A DNA stretch of 64,000 nucleotides from Candidatus Berkelbacteria bacterium (GTDB lineage: Bacteria; Patescibacteriota; UBA1384; DTJR01): NCBI GenBank assembly GCA_026397175.1, contig JAPLVK010000013.1:8232-72231 (forward strand), read 5' to 3'. A model generated the notes under the pieces. The model was not told where the DNA came from. It worked only from the letters and a program-made list of their open reading frames with translations, and ran no database searches. Both the position numbers and the translations under genes were made by a program. Numbering within the stretch: the stretch's first letter is position 1; each line of letters begins with the position of its first letter. Below, in pieces: positions 8,225 through 17,245 of this stretch.

Positions 8225-9027
8225 TTCTGCTCCCAAAAATTTTCTTTTTTTTCGACTTGTTCGGTTACCTTGGCTGATTCAGCTAAAACTTTATCACGTT
8301 TGCAAATAATATTCAAGGCACTAATTTTTCTATAAACATTTGCAGGTGTTTTCGAGACAACCTCATTACCTATTAATATAGGTAGGGGATTGTCCGATTT
8401 TATTTTTATGATTTTTCCTTTGAAGATGCTTCTGTCGGCAGAGGACTGTTCTTTGCCGGTTAACCAGTTAAAAGCCGATTTAAAAATTGACTTCTCTTGC
8501 AAGTATCTTTCCAGCAAAATGTATAAGTTGTTCGAAATCTCGAGTCGATCTATAATTGCTTCGGCTTTCCAGTGGTCAACTTCCAAAACAATTCTAGTTG
8601 GGTTGGGACATTCAATTCTGGCTGATGACAGAAAATAATGATTTGGTTCAACCAGACCAAGCGTAAATTTTTCAAGCTTTCTAAATTTTAATGTTTCACA
8701 GGCCTCTTCTGCCGATTTGAATCCCCATCTTTCATATAAAATTGAGTTAGGATCCGAGGATATGATTCCGAGTGCTACTGTGTATAGCGCTTTAGCATTT
8801 ATGATCGCGCTGACAATTTTATTAACATGACTATCGTCTCCAACGGCAACAATGGTCGTATAATTTTTTTCAATCGCAATTTGAACCAGTTCTTCGGGCG
8901 ACCTTGCTGGTGAGGCCTGGGCATTTTCACCTTGAATTGAAAACTCGCGAGCTATGTCCCGAATCTTTTCAAAATTTGCCCTTTCGTGAACAGAGTTGGG
9001 CTGCTCAAATATATAGTAGTACATCAA
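8221..9027 (-). CDS. Diacylglycerol-kinase catalytic-domain family protein, divergent
   Basis: IVAVGDDSHVNKIV resembles the V..GGDGT motif; LGII and C-terminal GNEV..TP match the DAGK fold pattern. Confidence 0.6.
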   Translation of the reverse strand: MMYYYIFEQPNSVHERANFEKIRDIAREFSIQGENAQASPARSPEELVQIAIEKNYTTIVAVGDDSHVNKIVSAIINAKALYTVALGIISSDPNSILYERWGFKSAEEACETLKFRKLEKFTLGLVEPNHYFLSSARIECPNPTRIVLEVDHWKAEAIIDRLEISNNLYILLERYLQEKSIFKSAFNWLTGKEQSSADRSIFKGKIIKIKSDNPLPILIGNEVVSKTPANVYRKISALNIICKRDKVLAESAKVTEQVEKKENFWEQK

Positions 9028-9032
9028 AAACC

Positions 9033-9476
9033 CTATTCTTTTTCTTGATCTGCCTCATCCTCTGACTTTTCTTCACCCTGCTGCTTATCGTCATTTTCAC
9101 CATCGTTTTCTTTTTCTGGCAAAAACTCCTCGTTTTCACCCTGTCTATCCGGCATTTGGCATTTGCCAATGAATACCGATCCGGAATGGATTAGAAGATC
9201 CTTGGTCTCGACATTTCCCTTGATAGTTCCGCTTGAATTTAGCTCAATCTTTTCTCCGGCAGTGATTGTGCCGTTAACATAACCCGAAACAATAACTTCT
9301 TTGGCATGTATCGGCCCTTTGACGCGCGCCGACTCCTCAATAATTATTTTTTCATCAGATGATATTTCGCCATCAACACCGCCAAAAACAGTAATATCAC
9401 TGGTGTCTTTAATGGCTCCGGTGAGGTGAACGGATGACCCTACGATTGTGCCAACTTGCTGGCCTGGCTGTTTCAT
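9033..9476 (-). CDS. Bactofilin (polymer-forming cytoskeletal protein)
   Basis: Beta-helix repeats TIVG.SV.LTG.I, V.G.VDG.I, V.G.I.A.EV.VSG.V.G.I, G..FIGKC.M; acidic tail. Confidence 0.88.
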   Translation of the reverse strand: MKQPGQQVGTIVGSSVHLTGAIKDTSDITVFGGVDGEISSDEKIIIEESARVKGPIHAKEVIVSGYVNGTITAGEKIELNSSGTIKGNVETKDLLIHSGSVFIGKCQMPDRQGENEEFLPEKENDGENDDKQQGEEKSEDEADQEKE

Positions 9477-9581
9477 ATTACTCCTTATTATTTTTATTAA
9501 TTTCTCTTTTGATTGAACTTTAGCACAATAAAAGCCAAAATCAAGAAACTTAACTCAAAAATGGCCGACCAAACAAAGCTA

Positions 9582-9610
9582 TTGATTTGTTATTCTTTTT
9601 GTATTATAAT
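9582..9610 (+). promoter_or_regulatory. sigma70-type promoter of uvrA
   Basis: TTGATT-17 bp-TATAAT. Confidence 0.65.
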
Positions 9611-9634
9611 GCCTGCAGCTAATCGAATAATTTT

Positions 9635-12406
9635 ATGAAAAATATAAAAATTACCGGTGCCAGAACACACAACCTTAAAAATATTTCTCTTGAAATTCCA
9701 AAAGAAAAAATTTCGGTCATAAGCGGAATTTCCGGCTCGGGAAAATCTTCTTTGGCGTTTGACACAATTTTTGCCGAAGGCCAAAGACGATATGTCGAAA
9801 ATTTATCTTCGTACGCAAAACAAATTATCGGCGTTATCGAAAAACCGGATGTGGATTCGATAGAAGGCATACCACCGGCTATTTCGATTGACCAAAAAAG
9901 TATTGCTCGCTCACCTCGCTCTACTGTCGGGACACTGACTGAAGGATATGATTATTTACGACTGATATATTCAAGGTTTGGGGAGGTTAGATGTCCATCT
10001 TGCCGAAAAGTAATTTCGGGCGGCTCAAGCAAAAAGGTAGTGGAGGACTCATTGGAATTTATTGAGTCCGTTGATTCAAAAGATAAAAATGTAAGAATTT
10101 TTGCTCCAATGATAAGTGGACTAAAAGGCCAGCATCAATTGGTTTTGGATAAACTCTCAAAGTCCAATTTTAAAGCAATTCGGATTGATTCAAACATTTA
10201 TAAACCATTTGAGATTAAGAACCTGAAACTAGAACAATCCGACCCCCACTCGATAGGGGTCTGGACTTTGGATAAGGACTTTACAAAGATGTCAGTGGAA
10301 AACATAAAGTTAATCGAAAAAGCGATCCTGTTAGCCCTTGATCTGTCTTCGGACACAGTGAAAATTTGTGTGAACAATGAAGAGAAGGCATTTTCTAGCC
10401 ACCCCGGTTGTTTAAAATGTCAAATCAGTTTTCCGCCAATTCAGCCAAGATTGTTTTCATTTAATAGTCCTTATGGCGCATGTACTAAATGCCAAGGGCT
10501 TGGAGTAATTAAAAAAGTCATTCCGAATCTTGTAATCCCAAATGCTCGGCTAACCTTATCCGAAGGAGCAATTAGGCCATGGGCTCGGCTGGCCGGACAA
10601 AACAGCTGGCTCACAAAAACCCTAAATTCATTAGCGCAAAGGAATAATTTTTCTCTAGACACGCCTGTTATGAATTTGGGTGAAAAGGCGTTAAGAGCGA
10701 TTTTGTATGGTGATGCTGAATTTGAAGGAGTGATTAAAAACTTAGAAAAAAAATACAAGGAAACGGACTCCGAATATCTAAGAGGCGAGATAGAGCAGTA
10801 CATGGTCGAGAAAATGTGCGAAAAATGCGAAGGAAAGCGCTTAAACGAATTTGCGCTTTCCGTAACATTTCTGAATAAAAAAATATATGAGCTTTCCGAT
10901 ATGGAAGCCCAAAAGTTAGTGGACTTTATTGAAAAAAATAAGGATAATCTTCCAAACGAATCAAATCAGGCCGTAAACGAGCTTTTAAAACGACTTAAGA
11001 ACTTAATCTCGGTAGGTTTAAGTTATCTTGCTCTGTCCAGAAGTAGCGAAACGCTCTCCGGCGGAGAAGCGCAAAGAATTCGCCTCGGTGTTCAGTTTGA
11101 CTCGTTTTTAAGTGGTGTTTTATATGTTTTGGATGAACCGACAATCGGTCTTCATAATCTTGATACCGAAAAAATGATACATGCCTTTAAAAAATTAAGA
11201 GATGAAGGAAACACGGTAATAATTGTCGAGCACGATAAAACTATCTTGGAATCAGCTGACTATATTTTTGATATGGGTCCGGGCGCTGGAAAAGATGGCG
11301 GTTATCTTATAGCCCAAGGATCACCCGAGGAAATAAAGAAAAATTCAAAATCGGTTACCGGCCCATATTTATCCGGCGAAAAAAATATTCCATACCCTAA
11401 AAAAAGAAGAAAAAAATCGGACTCATTTTTAAAAATAAGCGGCGCACGACATAATAATCTCAAAAATATTGATGTTGAAATTCCGCTTGGACAATTTGTC
11501 GCCGTTTCCGGTGTCTCGGGTTCTGGAAAATCATCTTTAATTTATGATGTACTGGCCAAGGCGCTAGCGCAAAAGTTAAATCGTTCGGAAGAGGAGCCGG
11601 GTGAATTTAAGGAAATTCTTGGGTTTGAAAATTTAAATAAAGTAATTAAAATTGATCAAACCCCGATCGGTAGAACTCCAAGAAGTAATTTGGCAACTTA
11701 TACAGGGATATTTACTCCGATCAGAGAACTTTTTGCCGCAACCAAAGAGGCAAAAAATCATGCTTTTAACGCCAGCCAGTTTAGCTTTAACCTAAAAGGT
11801 GGAAGATGCGAAACATGTCGTGGTGATGGAGTTATTAAAATCGAAATGTATTTTATGCCCGATGTTTATGTTCCTTGTGAGGAATGCAACGGAGAACGGT
11901 ATAATCGTGAAACATTGGATGTTAAGTTTCAAGGAAAGTCGGTTTCGCAGGTTTTAAAAATGAGCGTTGATGAGGCCTCGGATTTTTTTAATGACTTTCC
12001 TGATGTGATGGAGAAAATCACGGTTTTGCAAAAAGTCGGTCTTGGATATTTGCCGCTTGGCCAAAGCGCGACAACGCTGTCAGGTGGAGAAGCGCAAAGA
12101 ATAAAATTGGCCGCAGAGCTCTCGAGACCGTCAACCGGAAAAACCATATATATTTTAGATGAGCCGACAACGGGGTTACACTTTGAAGATATTGGGAAGC
12201 TTTTGGAAATTTTGCAAGAACTTGTCGAAAGGGGAAATACTGTTTTAATAATTGAACACAATACCGATGTTATTAAAAACGCCGATTGGGTTATAGATAT
12301 GGGACCGGAAGGCGGCGAAAAAGGCGGCGAAATTATTGCCGAAGGGACTCCCGAACAAATTGCCAAAAAACCCAAATCAACCATCGGAAAATTCTTAAAA
12401 TTTTAA
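9635..12406 (+). CDS. uvrA: Excinuclease ABC subunit A
   Basis: Two ABC domains ([18 protein letters not shown]; LSGGEAQR twice; LDEPT twice) and zinc fingers. Confidence 0.97.
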   Translation: MKNIKITGARTHNLKNISLEIPKEKISVISGISGSGKSSLAFDTIFAEGQRRYVENLSSYAKQIIGVIEKPDVDSIEGIPPAISIDQKSIARSPRSTVGTLTEGYDYLRLIYSRFGEVRCPSCRKVISGGSSKKVVEDSLEFIESVDSKDKNVRIFAPMISGLKGQHQLVLDKLSKSNFKAIRIDSNIYKPFEIKNLKLEQSDPHSIGVWTLDKDFTKMSVENIKLIEKAILLALDLSSDTVKICVNNEEKAFSSHPGCLKCQISFPPIQPRLFSFNSPYGACTKCQGLGVIKKVIPNLVIPNARLTLSEGAIRPWARLAGQNSWLTKTLNSLAQRNNFSLDTPVMNLGEKALRAILYGDAEFEGVIKNLEKKYKETDSEYLRGEIEQYMVEKMCEKCEGKRLNEFALSVTFLNKKIYELSDMEAQKLVDFIEKNKDNLPNESNQAVNELLKRLKNLISVGLSYLALSRSSETLSGGEAQRIRLGVQFDSFLSGVLYVLDEPTIGLHNLDTEKMIHAFKKLRDEGNTVIIVEHDKTILESADYIFDMGPGAGKDGGYLIAQGSPEEIKKNSKSVTGPYLSGEKNIPYPKKRRKKSDSFLKISGARHNNLKNIDVEIPLGQFVAVSGVSGSGKSSLIYDVLAKALAQKLNRSEEEPGEFKEILGFENLNKVIKIDQTPIGRTPRSNLATYTGIFTPIRELFAATKEAKNHAFNASQFSFNLKGGRCETCRGDGVIKIEMYFMPDVYVPCEECNGERYNRETLDVKFQGKSVSQVLKMSVDEASDFFNDFPDVMEKITVLQKVGLGYLPLGQSATTLSGGEAQRIKLAAELSRPSTGKTIYILDEPTTGLHFEDIGKLLEILQELVERGNTVLIIEHNTDVIKNADWVIDMGPEGGEKGGEIIAEGTPEQIAKKPKSTIGKFLKF

Positions 12407-12417
12407 CCAGACCTTTT

Positions 12418-12549
12418 GTAGTCCACGATTGATCTCACTCTCTTCATGTAGCTCAAGCTTTAGCTTGTTTTTTCACACTAAAGTGTGGGCTACAAAATCC
12501 CTGTAGTCCAAGCTTTAGCTTGTTTTACTCACACTAAAGTGTGGACTAC
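12418..12549. repeat. Second GTAG-type REP/iREP cluster (same family as 6243-6422)
   Basis: Full units at 12448-12493 and 12503-12549 (GTAG..CAAGCTTTAGCTTG-TTTT..-TCACACTAAAGTGTGG(G/A)CTAC), plus a partial unit at 12418. Confidence 0.8.
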
Positions 12550-12590
12550 AATCCCTTGATTTAGAATAGGTTTTATGGTATAAATTAATC

Positions 12591-12951
12591 GCCTAACTAT
12601 TTGAAGTAGCCACCCCCAACGGGGAGGAAAGTCCGGGCGCCGCAGAGTAGAGTACCCATGATAAATGGGCTGCCGTGAGGCAAGGGAATAGTACAACAGA
12701 AAATATACCGCTTGAGCCCTTCGGGGCGAAATCCTGAACGCAGTCGAAGGATTGTTTTCAGGTCGAGCAAGGTTGAAATCGTGCGGTAAGAGCGCACGCT
12801 TTCGGCGGGAAACCGCCGTCTGTGAAAACCCTATTTGGCGCAAGTTGAGTGGACCAATATCATCAATAATGATTACTCGTCAGATGACCGCGGTCTCAAC
12901 GCATAGATAGATGGCTACATAAACAGAACCCGGCTTATCGGATAGTTAGGC
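12591..12951 (+). ncRNA. rnpB: RNase P RNA
   Basis: GAGGAAAGTCCGGGC and AACAGAACCCGGCTTAT universal motifs; P1 GCCTAACTAT/ATAGTTAGGC; TTGATT..TGGTATAAA promoter just upstream. Confidence 0.93.
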
Positions 12952-12962
12952 AAAATTAGTTC

Positions 12963-13050
12963 GTAAAGTAAAAAGTATATAAAGTTCATAAAGTGTTATA
13001 AACGATAGCTACCGGACTTCTACTTTACAAACTTTCAACTTTATAAACTT
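12963..13050. repeat. AT-rich inverted array of short AAAGT / ACTTT units
   Basis: TAAAGT-AAAAAGT-ATATAAAGT-TCATAAAGT, then ACTTTAC-AAACTTTC-AACTTTAT-AAACTTT. Confidence 0.55.
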
Positions 13051-13063
13051 TTAGACACTTTTT

Positions 13064-13688
13064 ATGCGGATTAATAAGTATCTCGCAGCTTGTGGAATAG
13101 GAAGCCGAAGATCGGTAGAGGGATTAGTAAGATCCGGCAAAATTTTTGTGGACTCAAAAAAAATCACCGATTTATCTTTTCAGGTTGATCCCGAAAAAGA
13201 TCAAGTTGAGTATAAGGGCCAAAAACTTCATATCGAAAATAAGGTTTATTATTTGGTAAATAAACCAAAGGACTTCGTTTCAACCGTTAAGGATATTAAT
13301 GTGAGACATAAAGTTACTTCGCTTGTGCCGAAAGACCAAAGGGTTTTCCCTGTGGGACGGCTCGACAAGGACTCGAGCGGGCTGATAATTTTAACGAATG
13401 ATGGAGAGTTTGCCAAAAATTATTTTAGACCGAAATTTGAGATCGAAAAGGAATATATTGTCGAGGTTAAAAGGCCAACCGAAAATTTAACCGAAATGCT
13501 CGATCAAGCGGTGCGATTTTTTAGATGCGGAATTGTTTTAGATGGTACGAGAACCAAGCCGGCATTTATTAGGGTAATTTCGCAGGATTTAAAAAAGATC
13601 AGTTAGGATCGGCTCTCTAAAACTCGGCAATATCAAAGAGGGTGAATTTAGAAAATTTGTCCCAGAAAATGCGGGAATGAAACCGTGA
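13064..13688 (+). pseudogene. RsuA/RluB-family pseudouridine synthase with internal deletion and frameshift
   Basis: S4 domain and GRLDKDSSGL catalytic motif are present; stop at 13606. The C-terminal VRIGSLKLGNIKEGEFRKF continues in another frame, and the EG..RQIRRM segment is absent. Confidence 0.75.
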
Positions 13689-13798
13689 CAAAATGTCACG
13701 CTTTGAAAATGGTAGCGCCCGATGGCAAAATGCGTCTGACGAATGCCGCTGATACCGAAACAATGCTCCGGCTGGCAAGAAATAATATAAGAAACTAA
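13673..13798 (+). pseudogene. Bro-N gene remnant
   Basis: Manual translation GNETVTKCHALKMVAPDGKMRLTNAADTETMLRL corresponds to the WVRIVHTLEVPTEGGKQKMLCSNTEGLFRI region of the 5190-6017 protein. Confidence 0.65.
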
Positions 13799-13799
13799 A

Positions 13800-14870
13800 A
13801 TGACAAACAAATATGATGACATGTCCGAGGAAGAACTGATACAGAAACTCGATCGGGGCTTTATGGGACCAGAAGATTTAAAAGATATAGTTTCTGCCAT
13901 GGAAGCTAAGGGAATGAAAGGTGGATTAATTGGTATTGATGAGGATGATCCGATGTCGGAAAAAGTCGCGAAACAGTACATTGATTACCACAAAAATATA
14001 AGTACCAGCTCTCCGACATCAAGGATGGTCAAAAAGGCAATCAAACAATTATTAATTAAAAACATTACTGATAAGGAAATTAAAGAAATTATCCTCATTT
14101 TGGCTCACTCGGGTAATGTAAAAGCCCTTCGCGCCCTTGAGAAGTTCTCGAAAAAATCAGAGGGTGAATTAAGGCAATGGGCACAAATGGGAATCAGTGA
14201 ATGCAAGATGTTTTTAGAGTCGGAGCTGCTAGATAGGGCCAAAATAAAAGTTGAAGATCTTAGCAACACTAATCAAAGTACTAGCGTCGGAAAGAGCTCT
14301 GCCACCGGTAGATTATTTGAATATTTGTTTAGTAATCAAGAGGAAGTTGAAAAAGCAATCGAAGAATTTTTTGATAATTCATCTATCCCAAAAAACACAA
14401 TTCCTTTTGAAAACGAAGCAGAGGAAGACCTTTTTGCCGATTGGATAGTATTCGATTATCGCCTATCAAGTGGAAGCAAGCTAATCGAAAGTTTTATCAG
14501 GGAGTTTGGCGACGAATTGTCAGAGAAAGACAGAAATAGTTATGAAGAAATGCAATTTAATAAGTATGGCTTGTTTGAAGTTAAACGAATTATGCTTGAC
14601 GAGTGGATCGACCTTGAAAGTATATCTACCTCAAAAGTGTATAGAGTAAAAGAGAAAATGGGAACTTACGGAACTTCCGTTGGGCGTTTACTCATAGGGC
14701 GACTTGGCAAGCAGGACGGACAGTGGCGCATAATTGGCTCAAACCCAATCGAAGTACCTGTACACTTGAGCAAGGGTGCGAAGCAATGTTTTGCCAAAAT
14801 AAAAGATCTATCCCCAAAATTTTTTCGCGGATTCGCAAAGAAGATAAAATATCCCGACCAAAAGCAGTGA
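13800..14870 (+). CDS. Hypothetical protein (356 aa, probably two domains)
   Basis: Long ORF. The C-terminal half (F.DWIVFDY.L..G..LIE.F, GLFEV...) resembles domains usually found with SEC-C motifs, but no SEC-C motif is present. Confidence 0.7.
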   Translation: MTNKYDDMSEEELIQKLDRGFMGPEDLKDIVSAMEAKGMKGGLIGIDEDDPMSEKVAKQYIDYHKNISTSSPTSRMVKKAIKQLLIKNITDKEIKEIILILAHSGNVKALRALEKFSKKSEGELRQWAQMGISECKMFLESELLDRAKIKVEDLSNTNQSTSVGKSSATGRLFEYLFSNQEEVEKAIEEFFDNSSIPKNTIPFENEAEEDLFADWIVFDYRLSSGSKLIESFIREFGDELSEKDRNSYEEMQFNKYGLFEVKRIMLDEWIDLESISTSKVYRVKEKMGTYGTSVGRLLIGRLGKQDGQWRIIGSNPIEVPVHLSKGAKQCFAKIKDLSPKFFRGFAKKIKYPDQKQ

Positions 14871-14938
14871 ATAACACCCACAAAACGCCCTCCATTCACT
14901 ACTTATTGACAAAAAGGCGTGAATAAAACGATTGTTGT

Positions 14939-14965
14939 GTCATTGCGAGCTTAGCGAAGCAATCT
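14939..14965. repeat. Single GTCA-type palindromic REP-like element
   Basis: GTCATTGCGAGCTTAGCGAAGCAATCT with an ATTGC/GCAAT stem. Confidence 0.55.
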
Positions 14966-15010
14966 AATCCGTGCTCCGACACGAAAATCATTTGTCGGAG
15001 AATTGTAGCC

Positions 15011-15085
15011 ATAACCGTGAAAAATGTAATTAATTAAGCCTATTTTCACGGTTATATTGACAAAAGCGTTAAAAATGAATACAAT
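15011..15085 (+). promoter_or_regulatory. 13-bp inverted repeat (operator-like) abutting a sigma70 promoter of the Fic gene
   Basis: ATAACCGTGAAAA (15011-15023) / TTTTCACGGTTAT (15043-15055); TTGACA (15057)-17 bp-TACAAT (15080). Confidence 0.7.
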
Positions 15086-15128
15086 TAGAGCATAATAATG
15101 AATTTAAAATAATTTAAAAAGCGACATT

Positions 15129-16016
15129 ATGGCAAAAACACTTAATGTTTTCAACAAAATAAGCTCACTTCGCAAAAGATATTATAAAGCGTCCACCGGT
15201 AAAGACGCGCTGGTTAAGCTTATCACTGAAGCCGAAGTGGCCGAGCAGGTCTATAACTCAAATGCGATCGAAAATAGCACTCTAACACTTGAAGAAACCG
15301 AAAAAATACTTATGCAGATCGATCTGGATAGATTTATCAATGAACGAGAAATATTTGAAGCAAAAAATCTGGCGCGAGTCGTATCGTACATCGGCAATAA
15401 GGCCAAAGAGCAAGAACTCAATCTCCCAATGATTTTGCTGCTTCATGAAATGTTGATTTCCAACATTCGCGACGATGTTGCAGGAAGGTTCAGAAAAGAT
15501 AACGAATTTGTTCGCGTTGGCAGTCATATTGCTCCTAACCCAAAAGAGGTGGTGGATCGTCTGTCAAAAATGCTGGCCGAATATAATGCCGCAAGTAACG
15601 AGAATATCATCAAGCGGATTGCAAAATTGCATCTTACTTTTGAATATACACATCCATTTGTCGACGGTAATGGTCGCATTGGCCGCGTTATTAATAATTA
15701 TTTATTGATTCGAGAAGGGTATGTGCCGATAAATATTAAATTTATTGATCGGAAAATGTATTACGAAGCTTTCAGAGAATTTGATTCTAAAGGCGAGACA
15801 GCGGTGATGGAAGAAATTGTCGGTAAAGCTTTGACGAATAGTTATCATAAAAGATTAGCGTATTTGGAAAACAAAAAGATTATTTCTCTTGTCGACCATG
15901 CGAAAAATAACAAAATTTCTCATTCCAATTTGATAAATAAGGCCAACCGTCAGACCATTGAGGCCTTTCTGGAAAAGAATATTTGGAAAATTGGCGTTAA
16001 AAATGATAAAGAATGA
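15129..16016 (+). CDS. Fic family protein
   Basis: HPFVDGNGRIGR catalytic motif and N-terminal inhibitory-type SNAIEN helix. Confidence 0.92.
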   Translation: MAKTLNVFNKISSLRKRYYKASTGKDALVKLITEAEVAEQVYNSNAIENSTLTLEETEKILMQIDLDRFINEREIFEAKNLARVVSYIGNKAKEQELNLPMILLLHEMLISNIRDDVAGRFRKDNEFVRVGSHIAPNPKEVVDRLSKMLAEYNAASNENIIKRIAKLHLTFEYTHPFVDGNGRIGRVINNYLLIREGYVPINIKFIDRKMYYEAFREFDSKGETAVMEEIVGKALTNSYHKRLAYLENKKIISLVDHAKNNKISHSNLINKANRQTIEAFLEKNIWKIGVKNDKE

Positions 16017-16196
16017 AAACTTATAAACGAATCAAAAATAAGAGTGAAATATATTGACCCAAACTTAAATAAAAACCCCTTGCCTCCGATATCGAATCCG
16101 CCATCACATTTCAGGAAAAATTCTTCAAGCATAAATTAGTTACAAGACAATGTATGAACAATATTTAAGAAAAAATCATTGCAAAAAATAGGTAAT

Positions 16197-17039
16197 ATGA
16201 AAAAGAAAATAATTATCACTCAAGGTTTACAAATATATACATTTCAACAGAACAAAAATGATTATATTTCGTTGACTGATATGGCGAAGTATAAGGATGC
16301 AGAAAGAACTGATTATATTATCCAAAACTGGATGAGAACAATGGATACGATTGAGTTTTTGGGTATTTGGGAGCAGATCAATAATCCTAATTTTAAACCC
16401 ATCGAATTCGATGGGTTTAAAGAAAAAGCTGGTTCTAACAGTTTCTCTCTCACTCCAAAGAGGTGGATCGAAGCGGTAAACGCCATTGGTATGATAAATA
16501 AAGCTGGTCGCTATGGGGGCGGTACTTTCGCCCATAAGGACATTGCATTTGAGTTTGCCACTTGGCTTTCGCCCGAATTCAAACTCTATTTGATTAAGGA
16601 ATTTCAGCGCCTTAAAATCGAGGAGAATGAACGTCTGACTTTAGGTTGGGATGTTAAGCGACAGCTCACCAAAATCAATTACCGCATTCATACCGATGCC
16701 ATTCAAAAAAATCTGATACCAAAAGAAATTTCTAAGACACAAACAAAAATTATTTATGCCTCGGAAGCAGATGTTTTAAATATGGCGTTGTTTGGTTTAA
16801 CTGCCAAGGATTGGAAAGCGAGTAATAAGAGCAAAGCAGGCAATATGCGCGATTATGCGGATGTTTGCCAGCTCGTCGTCTTGGCGAATTTGGAAGGATT
16901 AAATGCTGAATTTATCAGACAGAAATTAACACAACCAGAACGACTCTTAAAATTAAATGAAATTGCTATAATCCAGATGAGTTCTTTGCTGGGCAGCCCA
17001 GGTCTTCAGAAATTAAAGGACAAGAATGCCAATATTTAA
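16197..17039 (+). CDS. KilA-N domain DNA-binding protein
   Basis: DYISLTDMAK, IQNWMR..TIEFLG.WE, GRYGGGTFAHKDIAFEFA.W.SPEFKLYLIKEFQRLK, INYRIHTDAI. Confidence 0.88.
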   Translation: MKKKIIITQGLQIYTFQQNKNDYISLTDMAKYKDAERTDYIIQNWMRTMDTIEFLGIWEQINNPNFKPIEFDGFKEKAGSNSFSLTPKRWIEAVNAIGMINKAGRYGGGTFAHKDIAFEFATWLSPEFKLYLIKEFQRLKIEENERLTLGWDVKRQLTKINYRIHTDAIQKNLIPKEISKTQTKIIYASEADVLNMALFGLTAKDWKASNKSKAGNMRDYADVCQLVVLANLEGLNAEFIRQKLTQPERLLKLNEIAIIQMSSLLGSPGLQKLKDKNANI

Positions 17040-17060
17040 AATAAACGATTCATACCAGAA

Positions 17061-17243
17061 ATGAAAATTAAAGACACACCAAAAATTAAGAAAGAAATTA
17101 CCCGTCAATGCGCTATCTGCGGGAAGAATATTTTAGTTAAGGTTTTTGTCAATGAAAAGTATATCGGTGGAAATTATTTTTGTGATATCCCAACAGTCGG
17201 AGAATATTGGGAATGTGATAAATGCTACAATAACTGGAAATAA
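17061..17243 (+). CDS. Small zinc-finger protein
   Basis: CAIC...WECDKC; ends 2 nt before hsdM. Confidence 0.6.
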   Translation: MKIKDTPKIKKEITRQCAICGKNILVKVFVNEKYIGGNYFCDIPTVGEYWECDKCYNNWK

Positions 17244-17245
17244 TT

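Noticed and set aside
9480-9634. LexA/SOS box upstream of uvrA
   Set aside because: I saw no convincing CTGT-N8-ACAG or GAAC-N4-GTTC dyad near the promoter.
12529-12843. ORFs 12529..12843 and 12597..12797 (-)
   Set aside because: They are antisense to RNase P RNA.
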